From positions 124,001 through 188,000 of IMG/VR virus record IMGVR_UViG_3300019458_000021: 64,000 nucleotides of DNA; one strand, 5' to 3'. Both the position numbers and the translations under genes were made by a program. Positions 30,369 through 40,129 of this stretch are shown here, one piece after another. The notes beneath the pieces are model-generated. The model saw only the letters and a list, made by a program, of their open reading frames with translations. It did not search any database and was not told the origin of the DNA. How positions within the stretch are numbered: position 1 is the stretch's first letter; the number at the start of each line of letters is the position of its first letter.

Positions 30369-33300
30369 GTGGATTCCGGCTACACACTAACACTAGACGA
30401 ACTTAAGGAATACAATATTCGTCTCGTAAATGAAATTTACGAAGAAACGATTAACGGAGGATTTAGTTACGATAGTAATATCTATGCTTCATCAGAAGAT
30501 GCACGCGACGATATTGACAATGCTATCGTTAATGCACTTACTCGTCGTGTTCAGGATGAACAATTTGATCCAGGATTTGTGTGGTATACAGCAGCCGGCA
30601 CAGCTGTTACTTTTACAGCTGATGAGATTATTGAGCTTGGTGATACGCTGCGACAGTTTCTTGCAGCCGCTAAAAGCAACGCACAGGATCATATTGATGC
30701 AATTAATGCATTTAGTGTGTATCAAGACTTGGCTGATTACGACATCACAACCGGCTGGCCAACCAACACAACGATGTGGACGCCTGAAACATTTGTTGCG
30801 TTAAGTTCTCCAAGCGTACAAGACTCTGATGCTGATCTGGACGCAATCGCAGGGTTGTCAACTACAGGTATTATTGCGAGGACAGGGCCTGGCACAGCAA
30901 CGACTAGAACAATAACACAACCAGCTGCTGGTATTACAGTAACTGACGGCGACGGTGTTGCTGGAAATCCAACTTTGGCTTTGGCAAACGATCTTGCTGC
31001 TTTAGAAGGTTTTGGAAGCACCGGTTTTGCAGTACGTATTGCCAGCGATAGTTGGGCTCAACGGACAATCACCGGCGCCACGGGTCAGATTACGTTAACA
31101 TTTGGTAATGGTGTAGCTGCTAACCCTCTTATTCAAATTGCATCTAATCCAACATTGCCTGGCAACCAATATGTAATTCTGCCAGGTGGAAGTACGGCAA
31201 ATCGTCCTTCCACACCATCCGGAGCAATGGCACGGTACAACGCCGAGTTGCATATTTTCGAAGGCTATATTGCTGGTAGTACAAACGATTGGCTTGATCT
31301 TACAAAGCAAGGAACTGTTACGTCCGTTGACGTAACAGGCAGTACAGGGCTGACGCCTTCTGGTGGTCCGATCACAACTTCCGGATCAATCACACTAACA
31401 CTTGATACTGGTCTTCAGAATCTTGCAACATTTGCGTCAACAGGTCTTGTTGTTGCAACTGGCACAGATACATGGACGGCACGATCTCTTGCGTCTGGAG
31501 CAGGAATCAATATAACAAACGCTGACGGCGTAAGTGGTAACCCAACAATTTCAAGTACAATTACTCAATATACAGACGAATTGGCACAAGATGCGATAGG
31601 AACTATTTTGACAGATAGTTCATCGATTGATTTCACATATGATGATGGTGCACCAAGTATTACAGCTACCGTTATCGACAACACTTCAACACAAAGAGTC
31701 GAAGTGGTAAAAAATAGTGGTGCTGTTGTCGGAACACGCAAACAACTGAATTTTGTTGAAGGCAGTAATATTACTTTAACGATTGCTGACGATACAGGCA
31801 ACGATCAAGTTGATATTACTATTGCATCGTCAGGTGGTGGAGGCGGAGCTCCTGCAGACGCAACGTACGTTACATTAACTACAAATGCGACTCTTACTAA
31901 TGAACGTGTACTAACAGGCACAATAAACCAGATTGATATTACAGATAATGGTGCTGGAAATACTGTTGTTCTTTCCTTACCATCAATCTTAGTTGCACCA
32001 GGAAGCGTTCAAGCAACAACTAATTTTATTGCAGGAACAGCAACAGACTCGTTCACAACAACGACTGGTACAAATTTAACTATCCACCCTGGTGCAGCAT
32101 CGAACGCAACAGCTGTTGGAAACACTTTAACCGTAAGCGGAGGTCCTGGTGGTGGGACTTCAGGTGCAGGTGGTGCTGTTACCATTCAAGGTGGTATAGC
32201 AACAAGTGGTGCAGGTGGTGCTGTTACCATCGCGGGTCGAGTCGGCGTTGGCACAAATCAAGATGGTGGAAATGTTTCAATCACCGCTGGTAATCCAACT
32301 GGTACGGGCACAGCTGGAGCAGTTACAATCTCGTCTGGAGCACTCCAGGGTGCTGGAACGCCTGGTAATATTAACATATTAGCTGGCAATGGTAACGGCA
32401 GTACAACCGGTGGACAGATTCTTATTCGTGGTGGTTCTGGTGGAACGTCAGGTAATGGTGCACAAGTAACTGTTACAGGAGGACTTGGTGGTTCTACATC
32501 CGGTAACGGTGGTTCTGTTCTTATCCAGGGCGGACAAACATTTGGAGGTGCTGGAGGCGTCGTAACCGTTCAAGGCAACAATGGTGTTGGCACAAATCAA
32601 GCAGGTGGTGGTGTAACTATTAAAGGAGGATCCGCAACTGGTTCTGGTGCTGCTGGATTAACTCGAGTTGTTGGTGCTACAGGCGCAACAAATGAAACGC
32701 CTGGTGCTGTCTCAATTGAAGGCGGTCCTGCTCAGGGAAGTTCTTTGGGTGGTCAAGTTGTTATTATTGGTGGTACGGCTGCTGGTGTAGGAGCTGGAGG
32801 TCAAGTCAGTATTTCTGGTGGTACAGGAGGTAGTACCAGTGGTGTTGGCGGTGAAGTTTTGATTCGTGGAGGACTTCCAGTTTCCGGTGCCGGTGGACCT
32901 GTTAACATCACTGGTCGTGATGGTGTTGGTACGAACCAAAATGGCGGTGCAATTACACTAACAGGTGGTGCTGCAACTGGTTCTGGATCCGGTGGTAATA
33001 TAAGCTTTATAGCTGGACCTTCACCATCAGGCACAGATGGATCAATCATCTTCACTACAGATGGTACCGAACGATTTGAAATTCGTGGTAATGGCGGATG
33101 GGAAGTTGGTGGTTTACAAGGCACCTCCGGGCAAGTTTTAACGTCAAACGGTGCAAACACCCCACCAACATGGTCAACTATGATCTTCACCCGAGGAGGT
33201 ACGGTTTTATCTCCATCGGTTGCTAATATAATAGTATGGAGAGCGCCGTTTGCGTGTACGGTAACAAATGTTCGTGGTTATCGAGTAGGCGGAACAGGTG

Positions 33301-33500
33301 CGACCATTAACGCTCGAAGGAATGGTACCAGTAACCATCTTTCATCCGCGCTTTCGGTAACTTCAACGGATACGTGGATGGACGGTGGTGCTGTGCAAAA
33401 TACCGCCTATGTTGCTGGAGACAAGATGGAGATTATGATCGCTAGTGTTAGCGGTTCACCAGCGCAAGTAGCGGTCCAAGTAGACTTAACCAGACCGTAA
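30369..33500 (+). CDS. long Gly-rich fibre protein with N-terminal DUF4376-like domain
   Basis: 1043 aa; INGGFSYDSNIYASSEDAR..W.TA.G..V.FTADEI; PAAG module; many GGAVTI.GG repeats. Confidence 0.75.
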   Translation: MDSGYTLTLDELKEYNIRLVNEIYEETINGGFSYDSNIYASSEDARDDIDNAIVNALTRRVQDEQFDPGFVWYTAAGTAVTFTADEIIELGDTLRQFLAAAKSNAQDHIDAINAFSVYQDLADYDITTGWPTNTTMWTPETFVALSSPSVQDSDADLDAIAGLSTTGIIARTGPGTATTRTITQPAAGITVTDGDGVAGNPTLALANDLAALEGFGSTGFAVRIASDSWAQRTITGATGQITLTFGNGVAANPLIQIASNPTLPGNQYVILPGGSTANRPSTPSGAMARYNAELHIFEGYIAGSTNDWLDLTKQGTVTSVDVTGSTGLTPSGGPITTSGSITLTLDTGLQNLATFASTGLVVATGTDTWTARSLASGAGINITNADGVSGNPTISSTITQYTDELAQDAIGTILTDSSSIDFTYDDGAPSITATVIDNTSTQRVEVVKNSGAVVGTRKQLNFVEGSNITLTIADDTGNDQVDITIASSGGGGGAPADATYVTLTTNATLTNERVLTGTINQIDITDNGAGNTVVLSLPSILVAPGSVQATTNFIAGTATDSFTTTTGTNLTIHPGAASNATAVGNTLTVSGGPGGGTSGAGGAVTIQGGIATSGAGGAVTIAGRVGVGTNQDGGNVSITAGNPTGTGTAGAVTISSGALQGAGTPGNINILAGNGNGSTTGGQILIRGGSGGTSGNGAQVTVTGGLGGSTSGNGGSVLIQGGQTFGGAGGVVTVQGNNGVGTNQAGGGVTIKGGSATGSGAAGLTRVVGATGATNETPGAVSIEGGPAQGSSLGGQVVIIGGTAAGVGAGGQVSISGGTGGSTSGVGGEVLIRGGLPVSGAGGPVNITGRDGVGTNQNGGAITLTGGAATGSGSGGNISFIAGPSPSGTDGSIIFTTDGTERFEIRGNGGWEVGGLQGTSGQVLTSNGANTPPTWSTMIFTRGGTVLSPSVANIIVWRAPFACTVTNVRGYRVGGTGATINARRNGTSNHLSSALSVTSTDTWMDGGAVQNTAYVAGDKMEIMIASVSGSPAQVAVQVDLTRP

Positions 33501-33505
33501 TACGA

Positions 33506-33607
33506 TTACAACTCGTCTTGAATCCAAGAAACGAACGAAGCAGTGGCTGCAGGTGCAGGATATGGAACTAAATCCTCATCAAACCACGCTTCAATTATCA
33601 AATACAT
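33506..33607 (-). CDS. 33 aa small ORF MYLIIEAWFDEDLVPYPAPAATASFVSWIQDEL
   Basis: Strong AAGGAG SD (plus strand CTCCTT 33615-33620); repeats the IEAWF end of the upstream gene. Confidence 0.45.
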   Translation of the reverse strand: MYLIIEAWFDEDLVPYPAPAATASFVSWIQDEL

Positions 33608-33638
33608 TACTGATCTCCTTTGTTACAAAACAATCGTT

Positions 33639-34402
33639 CTAAAACCAAGCTTCAATTCTAACATCTGGAAACAACCCCTCGCCCCCACTTTGATCTACTA
33701 AGTAGAGAGTTGGTTTCTCCTTCCCTTCGGGTGGAGGTATAATACCGCGAAGCGTTAATAAATACACACAGGCTCCACCATCTTCTGGTGGAACATCCCA
33801 CTCGCTGTTATAAGGTCCTATGGTTGGAGCAAGTTTCCAACCGATGCCGCCAACAAAGCGCGGCGTGGCCCCGTCCGTTACCGTTTGTACAACTGTGAAT
33901 CCGGTATTTTCCGTAACTGTAGTATTCGCCCCAGCACCTTGGAAAACAACAGAAACTAATAACTCATCTTTGAACAGAGTTGTCTCGGTAGTACTATCAT
34001 ACGGGCCCACTTGAGTCGTGTAGGTAGCGACGCCTTCTTGGTCCAGGAATCCCCTATCACCTCTAAAAAGAATAAGGTGAGGCTCATATCGTTTGGGGGG
34101 TCTGTAAGCGTAACCGTTACAGTGTGACCAGACCCCCCGACACCGTTTTCGCAAATAAAGATTCTAGCTTGTGGATCAGAAGTTGGACCGTACGAAGCTT
34201 GTGTTCCAATCGTGGTATAAGTGTTGCCCTTGCTGTCCACAATCGATTCAAAATTCGCGACTGATGGGGTTGGTCGATCCCAAGTGATAGCAGCGATAAA
34301 GGTGCTACCAGAGACATTAGTCGTTACGGCAGCAGTTGTAACAGAATCGTTACTACTAGGCGCAATGCCCTCACTAGACGCTCCAGCAACAGGGGCCGTC
34401 AT
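33639..34402 (-). pseudogene. virion/lectin-like protein with single frameshift at G4 run
   Basis: ORFs 33956-34402 and 33639-34154 join into about 254 aa if one nt is added at 34051-34054 (..FFLEVIG / FLDQEGVAT..). Confidence 0.6.
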
Positions 34403-34405
34403 GAT

Positions 34406-34828
34406 TTACTCAACCACATTATAATGAAGGTGGATTCTATCCACTGGTGCAAGATGTACAACCTCGTGTAGCCTTAGAAAATCAACTTCATAGAGCCAGC
34501 CTTGCTCCATGTGTACTTCCACACCGTCGTCCGGCCAGCACATCTTAACGTCCGGATGAGTGATTAAAGGTATGTGAAACCGCTTACCTAAATTCGGTGT
34601 GTTCCCCCAGAGATCAATGTGGGGAGGGATTCCTTGGTAAGGGGGGAGTTTTCGCAAACAAATAAACGTAACCTTGCCTGGAGGTTCCAATGTTTTAATA
34701 AAAGGAAGCAGCCAGTCCGGTTTAGCCACCCAACCATTGGTGCCTTTGGTGTCAACAAAATTAACTGTTGGCAATAAGGACAGTGGTCCACTGATATCGA
34801 TCGGTCTGATTTTACGATAGCACTTCAT
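34406..34828 (-). CDS. Asp/Asn beta-hydroxylase-like 2OG-Fe(II) oxygenase
   Basis: IPPHID (HxD), RFHIPLITHPDV, HMEQGWLYEVDF..LHEV, DRIHL. Confidence 0.75.
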   Translation of the reverse strand: MKCYRKIRPIDISGPLSLLPTVNFVDTKGTNGWVAKPDWLLPFIKTLEPPGKVTFICLRKLPPYQGIPPHIDLWGNTPNLGKRFHIPLITHPDVKMCWPDDGVEVHMEQGWLYEVDFLRLHEVVHLAPVDRIHLHYNVVE

Positions 34829-35367
34829 CGGACCTCCGACGGCACCAAAGCCTTTAACTCCTCCACATCTTGAGCTGCATCGATACGCGGATCATTTACA
34901 AATTTTCGCAATTTTTTCCGAATGGCATCTATGTCTTCGGCGGCCTTGGTATCCCCTATTGCTGTAGCATCAACCCACTCGCGGTCGAGAGTTAGTAATT
35001 TTTCTCCATTAAGATGACGTAGTACTGCACGATGCAATTCACAAGCTTTTTTCATGTTGTGTTTAATGGCACCTCCCACGTCCTCCAGAGCATTACGGTA
35101 GTCTCGTTCTTTTCCAAACATTTCGTGTTGTTCTTGATTTAATCGTCGCCAGCTAATCGTAGCTTTTCCGTCCTGCTGCCAATGACGAGACGCTCTTGCT
35201 ACCTCGTATTCAATATTCACATCACTCGCATCGCGCGAATAAAAACCGTCCTTGTCTGGTCCAACCCAAGGACCTCCTGGATTTCCAGGAGCTCGCATTT
35301 TGGTCTGAAAAGCCATATGAGCGACGGAGCCATCAGAAAGAGAAATTGCAATGTAAACCTCAGACAT
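34825..35367 (-). CDS. tail-fibre assembly/chaperone-like protein
   Basis: YRNALED, HNMKKACELHR, IDAAQDVEELKA. Confidence 0.55.
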   Translation of the reverse strand: MSEVYIAISLSDGSVAHMAFQTKMRAPGNPGGPWVGPDKDGFYSRDASDVNIEYEVARASRHWQQDGKATISWRRLNQEQHEMFGKERDYRNALEDVGGAIKHNMKKACELHRAVLRHLNGEKLLTLDREWVDATAIGDTKAAEDIDAIRKKLRKFVNDPRIDAAQDVEELKALVPSEVR

Positions 35368-35743
35368 GTTTAACAGCCTCCCCTAACAAGCTCGACATCC
35401 AATCGATTTCGGTGGACGCAACGCCGGTAACGCGGATGCGGATATCTGAGTCGACGGCATCCACCATAGCAACCACAGTCGCAAGCGCGATCAAATCCCC
35501 CAGAGTGCCCTTCGTACTCAACAAGGAAACCCCAAAAACATCGGCATCCTCCTCGCCTCTCTTGAACCCAAGAGAGAAGTCGAAAACCTTGGTAGCACCG
35601 TCTGAAACCCGACGTGCCACGACACGCACGGTGAGCCAACCGGCACTGTTTTCCGGAACGGTGAGCACCTGTAACGTTTGCTGAGTAGCGTTGTTGAAAG
35701 TGGTAACTTCGTTAGCACCGAAGCCTTCAATTTGAGCGGTCAT
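35360..35743 (-). CDS. small beta-sandwich virion protein
   Basis: ATG 35743 overlaps the upstream TGA (ATGA); resembles the C-terminal domains of 26954 and 36661. Confidence 0.6.
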   Translation of the reverse strand: MTAQIEGFGANEVTTFNNATQQTLQVLTVPENSAGWLTVRVVARRVSDGATKVFDFSLGFKRGEEDADVFGVSLLSTKGTLGDLIALATVVAMVDAVDSDIRIRVTGVASTEIDWMSSLLGEAVKHV

Positions 35744-36540
35744 GGCTGGTCTCCGTAACAAGCCCAAAAATAAGCTTGTGGGTCTTGTGCAGCAAATAGA
35801 ATTGCTGTGTGGTCATAGGATTCGATTTCAAACGAACCGGCGGCCTGACTGTTGTTTCGGATGTTATTGTCTTCTACTCCTGTAGCAGTCAAAGACGTGA
35901 CACTACGTTGCAAGGTACAAACAATGGAATAATCACTACTGCTAAAGTCGGTTCCAATATTGACACCTAGTCGGCCAGTACCTGTATCCGAAATACTACT
36001 TACGTTGTAGTTCACAATCAAAGAAGTCCCAGCACCGTTTGCCTTGCCCCAAACCTTAGCGATACCCGGATGGAAGTGCATCCGCCCTGGAGAAACGGTT
36101 GTAACTAAACTAGTTGCCGCCTCCATCTCGTTTTGCGAAGCAATTGCTCCAACTTGGGGGTATACACCACCGTTTGCATCATAGTGAACCCACACGCCTC
36201 CTTGAGTAAACACAAGTGTTTCGCTAGCAAGCAATGTTACCTCAGCTAACGTTTCTACGTTTGTGCCGTCAGTATGTTGTACCGTAACCAAACAGTCTTG
36301 TGAAGCGTGATTATTGTAAATGTTCAGGTGTTTGACATTGCGTTTACGGTTTGCTGCCGGTGAAGGAACTACCGTTGTCGCCGTAGGAGTTGTAATACTA
36401 GCCGTGTTTGTACGACCAATGTCCTGAACAACAGGAGGCACTGAATTGTCTGCTTCCATCCACGAGGCATGGACTTCGACGTCAGCCGCCGATCCGGTGA
36501 TAACTTGAATTAAATCCGAAGTACTTGTAAGCAATAACAA
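35740..36540 (-). CDS. virion/tail-associated protein
   Basis: GGAG SD; C-terminal AKVW..NYNVSSISDTGTG..FSSSDY fibre-type domain. Confidence 0.65.
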   Translation of the reverse strand: MLLLTSTSDLIQVITGSAADVEVHASWMEADNSVPPVVQDIGRTNTASITTPTATTVVPSPAANRKRNVKHLNIYNNHASQDCLVTVQHTDGTNVETLAEVTLLASETLVFTQGGVWVHYDANGGVYPQVGAIASQNEMEAATSLVTTVSPGRMHFHPGIAKVWGKANGAGTSLIVNYNVSSISDTGTGRLGVNIGTDFSSSDYSIVCTLQRSVTSLTATGVEDNNIRNNSQAAGSFEIESYDHTAILFAAQDPQAYFWACYGDQP

Positions 36541-36627
36541 ATTGCTCTCCTTATAATTCTGAGCTGTTGCGTTTCTATATATGGTTTATCTTCGCTTCGA
36601 TTTGCAGACGAATTGTTGGGGTAATGA

Positions 36628-36634
36628 ATAAATA
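36628..36634 (+). promoter_or_regulatory. late promoter ATAAATA
   Basis: Upstream of the 36661 gene. Confidence 0.6.
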
Positions 36635-36660
36635 CAAAACTCCAAAAGGACATTAATTTA

Positions 36661-39600
36661 ATGGCTCAAATATCATTTCGACAGGGTATTATTCGATATC
36701 CATCAACAGGCTCCCTTCAAGCGTTTCTTGTTAAATCAGGCGCGAACGTCAATTTACAAACCACAAATGGCATAGTTGACGTTGCACTTGCACATAAAGA
36801 TACGAACTATCTATTGACGGAAACAACGTCCATACCAGCTGCATGGACGGGTATTCCACCAAGCACAGACACGTGGATATATTGGGATATCAATCTTAAT
36901 ACGGGTGTTCGAACATTCGGACAGACTTTGCTTGCTCCAGTTTTTGGAACCGCCGCACCATCATCACCACAAGAAGATCAGCATTGGTTCAACACTTTAT
37001 CAGCAACCATGTTTGTGTTTAGCAATGGATTTTTCCGAGAAGTTATTCGTGTTTTTGCTGCAAAAGTTAACAACACAACATTCACGCCAATGGGAACGAT
37101 CCAAAGTCAACCGTTTGCTGGTTCTCAAGTTGGTTTGAACAACACTCCAAGTTTTGTAGGTCGGATCATTTTTGATGATGATGGTAATCCGATCCGTCGT
37201 CGGAACGGCACGCTGTTTACAACAGAAGATCAGTTTTATATCAATGGTTCCCCAGCAAATACGCTAAAATTTGAAGCAAATGTTCTCACAGCAATTGGTG
37301 ACGAAACAATCCCACAATTTTCAGTGGTTAAACTTGTTGATTTTGGCAAAATTCTCCTAGCCGGCTTCAACGATCTTAACACGACATTCATCGGTATGGC
37401 CATGCAAAATGGCAATGTCGGTGAAGTTGTCACAATGGTTTCGCAAGGCACAATTACAAATCCTGTTTGGGATTGGCAAGTTCCTGGTGCACCTTTGTGG
37501 GTTCTTGAAAATGGTGAACTGACAGAAGATGATCCAAATCTTGTTGATACTGTTACATATCCAACACCAAAACCACCGATCGCCCGCATAATTACACCGA
37601 CTCAGATCTTTTTCGATCAAGGCCTCGGTGGACGGGGTGCACAAGGAGATCCCGGTGAAGTCAGTCTTGCAACAGATTTGATACACGGCATTTCCCGTCT
37701 GTCCGTATCAGCAGTATTGGTCAGCGACCCAATTGTAGTTGGTGACAATGACCCACGTAATACAAACGCTCGTGTGCCATTGGCTCACTCACAAGCAGCG
37801 AGCACAATTCTCACACCAACGTATCTTACATTAACAGCACCGACATTAGATTTTCAATTACAACAATTGTATGATCAAACGTTGAAGCTCGCTGGTGGTA
37901 CAATGACAGGTGCATTAGTACTTGGTACTGGTGCAAGTTTGGATGCTAATAGCAAACCTGTAATAAATGTCCCGACACCAGCAGCTGGTACAGATGCAGC
38001 AAACAAGGCATACGTTGACAATCGATCACTGGATAACCTAACCGATGTTGTCATTACATCACCAGTTCTAAACAACACTCTATCATACAACGGTACAACT
38101 TGGGTTAACTCTCCATTTCCGTTCATTCCAAGTGTCTTAGATGATTTGACAGATGTAACAATTAGTGCTCCAGTTGCAGGGCATATCCTGCGATACAATG
38201 GCACTCAATGGATTAACCAAGTATTGAATCTTGATGATCTCAACGATGTTGTAATTACAGGACCAGTTAATGGTCAAGTTCTGACATACAGCGCAGGCAC
38301 GTGGGTAAACGCAGCTGGCGGTGGCGGTGGTGCCTCAGCTCCATTATATGAAGTTGTTTATGGTACGGGTGCTAGTGTAACAAGTGATCCAACATTTCTG
38401 GCTACACTTACTGCATACGATGAAGTATTCTTTAGCGTTGCAAAAACAGGCGGTGATAGTACGGGACTTGCAAATGATGCAACAGTCTACACAGCCACTG
38501 TTGCGGTTGATGGAGGGTTACCGCAACCAATTGCGGTAACCGGTTCAACTGCACAAACTTATACAACACTGATTAGTGAACTAAATGCCGATACAACTGG
38601 CGCAACGTGGGCACTTGTTAACGGTAATTTGCGTTGTACTTCAGATACACCAAACTCTTCGGCATCTGTTGCAATTGTAGATGTTGATTTATTTGCAACA
38701 TTAACAGACTTTTCTTTCATTTTCCCAACAGCTGCTTACTTAATTCTTTTGCTTGGTGATGAAGGAATTTCAGCAGAAATTCGTGCACCAGCAGCAACAA
38801 CTCTTGATGCATTTGGCGGTTCATTAAGTGTATTTGGTGGGCAAGGCGATGGAACAGGTTGGGGTGGCAGTTTATTCCTTGCTGGTGGTGACGGTGGATT
38901 GACAAGTGGTGAGGGTGGTGGAATAACAATACTTGCTGGCGGTGGTGGCACTCCTAATGGATCAGGAGGTGATCTTTCATTATTTGCGGGTGGCGCGAGT
39001 GGTACAGGTGACGGCGGCGATGTTCAGATCACATGTGGTTCGAATGGTGGCTCCTTCCAGCTTACAGCAGGGAATGGTACCTCATCAGGAATCAGTGGTG
39101 GCATTGTTACCATATTAACCGGTACTGGCTTCTCAGCCGGTCCAGGTGAAGCAGCAGGTTTCGGAGGAGGAGTTGACATAATCGCATCTCCAGCTGGTTC
39201 GAGTTCAGAAATTGACACCACTGCTGTAGGAGGCATAGGTGGCTCAATTGGTTTGAGTTGTGGTAGTGGTGGAAATGCCGATAGTGTTGACGACGGTGGA
39301 AGTCCAGAAGCTAACGGTGGAAACGGTGGCGATGTAATCATAAACGCTTCTAGTGGTGGAGCGGCATTTATCTTCGCCGGTACAGGTCCAGGAGACGGAG
39401 ACGCTGACGGTGGAAACGGCGGTAGTGTTCTGATCTCTGCGTTGGGTGGCGGCGATGCGGATGTACCTAATGATGGTAATGCCGATGGTGGAGATGGCGG
39501 CGACGTTGAAATTGCAGCTGGTGCAAGAGGGACAGCATCGGTAGGAGGCGTTGGAACTGCAACAAACGGTCGACCTGGTAATATTCTCGAACGAACAACT

Positions 39601-40071
39601 GCTGGATTTTGGCAAAAAGAAGCTGGTGGATTTGCTGAAGGAGTAGCGACTAATAAGACGTTCTTGGTGCGAAATGTTACTGTTGACGATACAGCGACAG
39701 AACTATTTCGTGATGGAACACAGGAAACACTACGAATTGAACTTCCTGATGTTGGTGTCAATTTAGCCACTTGGAAATTTGATGTTCACCTTGTTGCCCA
39801 TGAGGTCGACAACCCAGGCATGGGTGGTGGATGGCATTACGCTGGTGTAATTTATTTTGATAGCACTGGTCCAACAACGGCACTAATCGGTACCATACAA
39901 ACAATTATGATGCCACAGGAATCTTGGACTGCTGGTGGATCGGCAACAATATCAATTACTGCTGGCACTGGAACTTTGGATATTACCGTTACTGCACCAG
40001 CTGGTACTGTTGATGAAATTTACTGGCACGCCTATGTAAACGTCGTCGAAGTAACGTTTACAGATACATAA
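36661..40071 (+). CDS. long tail fibre protein
   Basis: 1136 aa; FRQG..PQEDQHWF..FAAK N-domain; L.DL.DV repeats; acidic Gly-rich repeats. Confidence 0.75.
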   Translation: MAQISFRQGIIRYPSTGSLQAFLVKSGANVNLQTTNGIVDVALAHKDTNYLLTETTSIPAAWTGIPPSTDTWIYWDINLNTGVRTFGQTLLAPVFGTAAPSSPQEDQHWFNTLSATMFVFSNGFFREVIRVFAAKVNNTTFTPMGTIQSQPFAGSQVGLNNTPSFVGRIIFDDDGNPIRRRNGTLFTTEDQFYINGSPANTLKFEANVLTAIGDETIPQFSVVKLVDFGKILLAGFNDLNTTFIGMAMQNGNVGEVVTMVSQGTITNPVWDWQVPGAPLWVLENGELTEDDPNLVDTVTYPTPKPPIARIITPTQIFFDQGLGGRGAQGDPGEVSLATDLIHGISRLSVSAVLVSDPIVVGDNDPRNTNARVPLAHSQAASTILTPTYLTLTAPTLDFQLQQLYDQTLKLAGGTMTGALVLGTGASLDANSKPVINVPTPAAGTDAANKAYVDNRSLDNLTDVVITSPVLNNTLSYNGTTWVNSPFPFIPSVLDDLTDVTISAPVAGHILRYNGTQWINQVLNLDDLNDVVITGPVNGQVLTYSAGTWVNAAGGGGGASAPLYEVVYGTGASVTSDPTFLATLTAYDEVFFSVAKTGGDSTGLANDATVYTATVAVDGGLPQPIAVTGSTAQTYTTLISELNADTTGATWALVNGNLRCTSDTPNSSASVAIVDVDLFATLTDFSFIFPTAAYLILLLGDEGISAEIRAPAATTLDAFGGSLSVFGGQGDGTGWGGSLFLAGGDGGLTSGEGGGITILAGGGGTPNGSGGDLSLFAGGASGTGDGGDVQITCGSNGGSFQLTAGNGTSSGISGGIVTILTGTGFSAGPGEAAGFGGGVDIIASPAGSSSEIDTTAVGGIGGSIGLSCGSGGNADSVDDGGSPEANGGNGGDVIINASSGGAAFIFAGTGPGDGDADGGNGGSVLISALGGGDADVPNDGNADGGDGGDVEIAAGARGTASVGGVGTATNGRPGNILERTTAGFWQKEAGGFAEGVATNKTFLVRNVTVDDTATELFRDGTQETLRIELPDVGVNLATWKFDVHLVAHEVDNPGMGGGWHYAGVIYFDSTGPTTALIGTIQTIMMPQESWTAGGSATISITAGTGTLDITVTAPAGTVDEIYWHAYVNVVEVTFTDT

Positions 40072-40095
40072 TCATCGGTTTTTGGGGCAGTTACA

Positions 40096-40102
40096 ATAAA
40101 TA
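40096..40102 (+). promoter_or_regulatory. late promoter ATAAATA
   Basis: Upstream of the 40130 gene. Confidence 0.6.
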
Positions 40103-40129
40103 ATCTCAAAGACTCTTCGGGAGAATAAC

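Noticed and set aside
28980-33100. GGTGGT-rich periodic DNA suggesting a CRISPR or DGR repeat
   Set aside because: Explained by Gly-rich protein repeats; no identical repeat-spacer array, no reverse transcriptase, no adenine-specific TR/VR pair seen.
33500-36600. Possible invertible (Gin/Cin-type) fibre segment
   Set aside because: No flanking inverted recombination sites or invertase found in the window.
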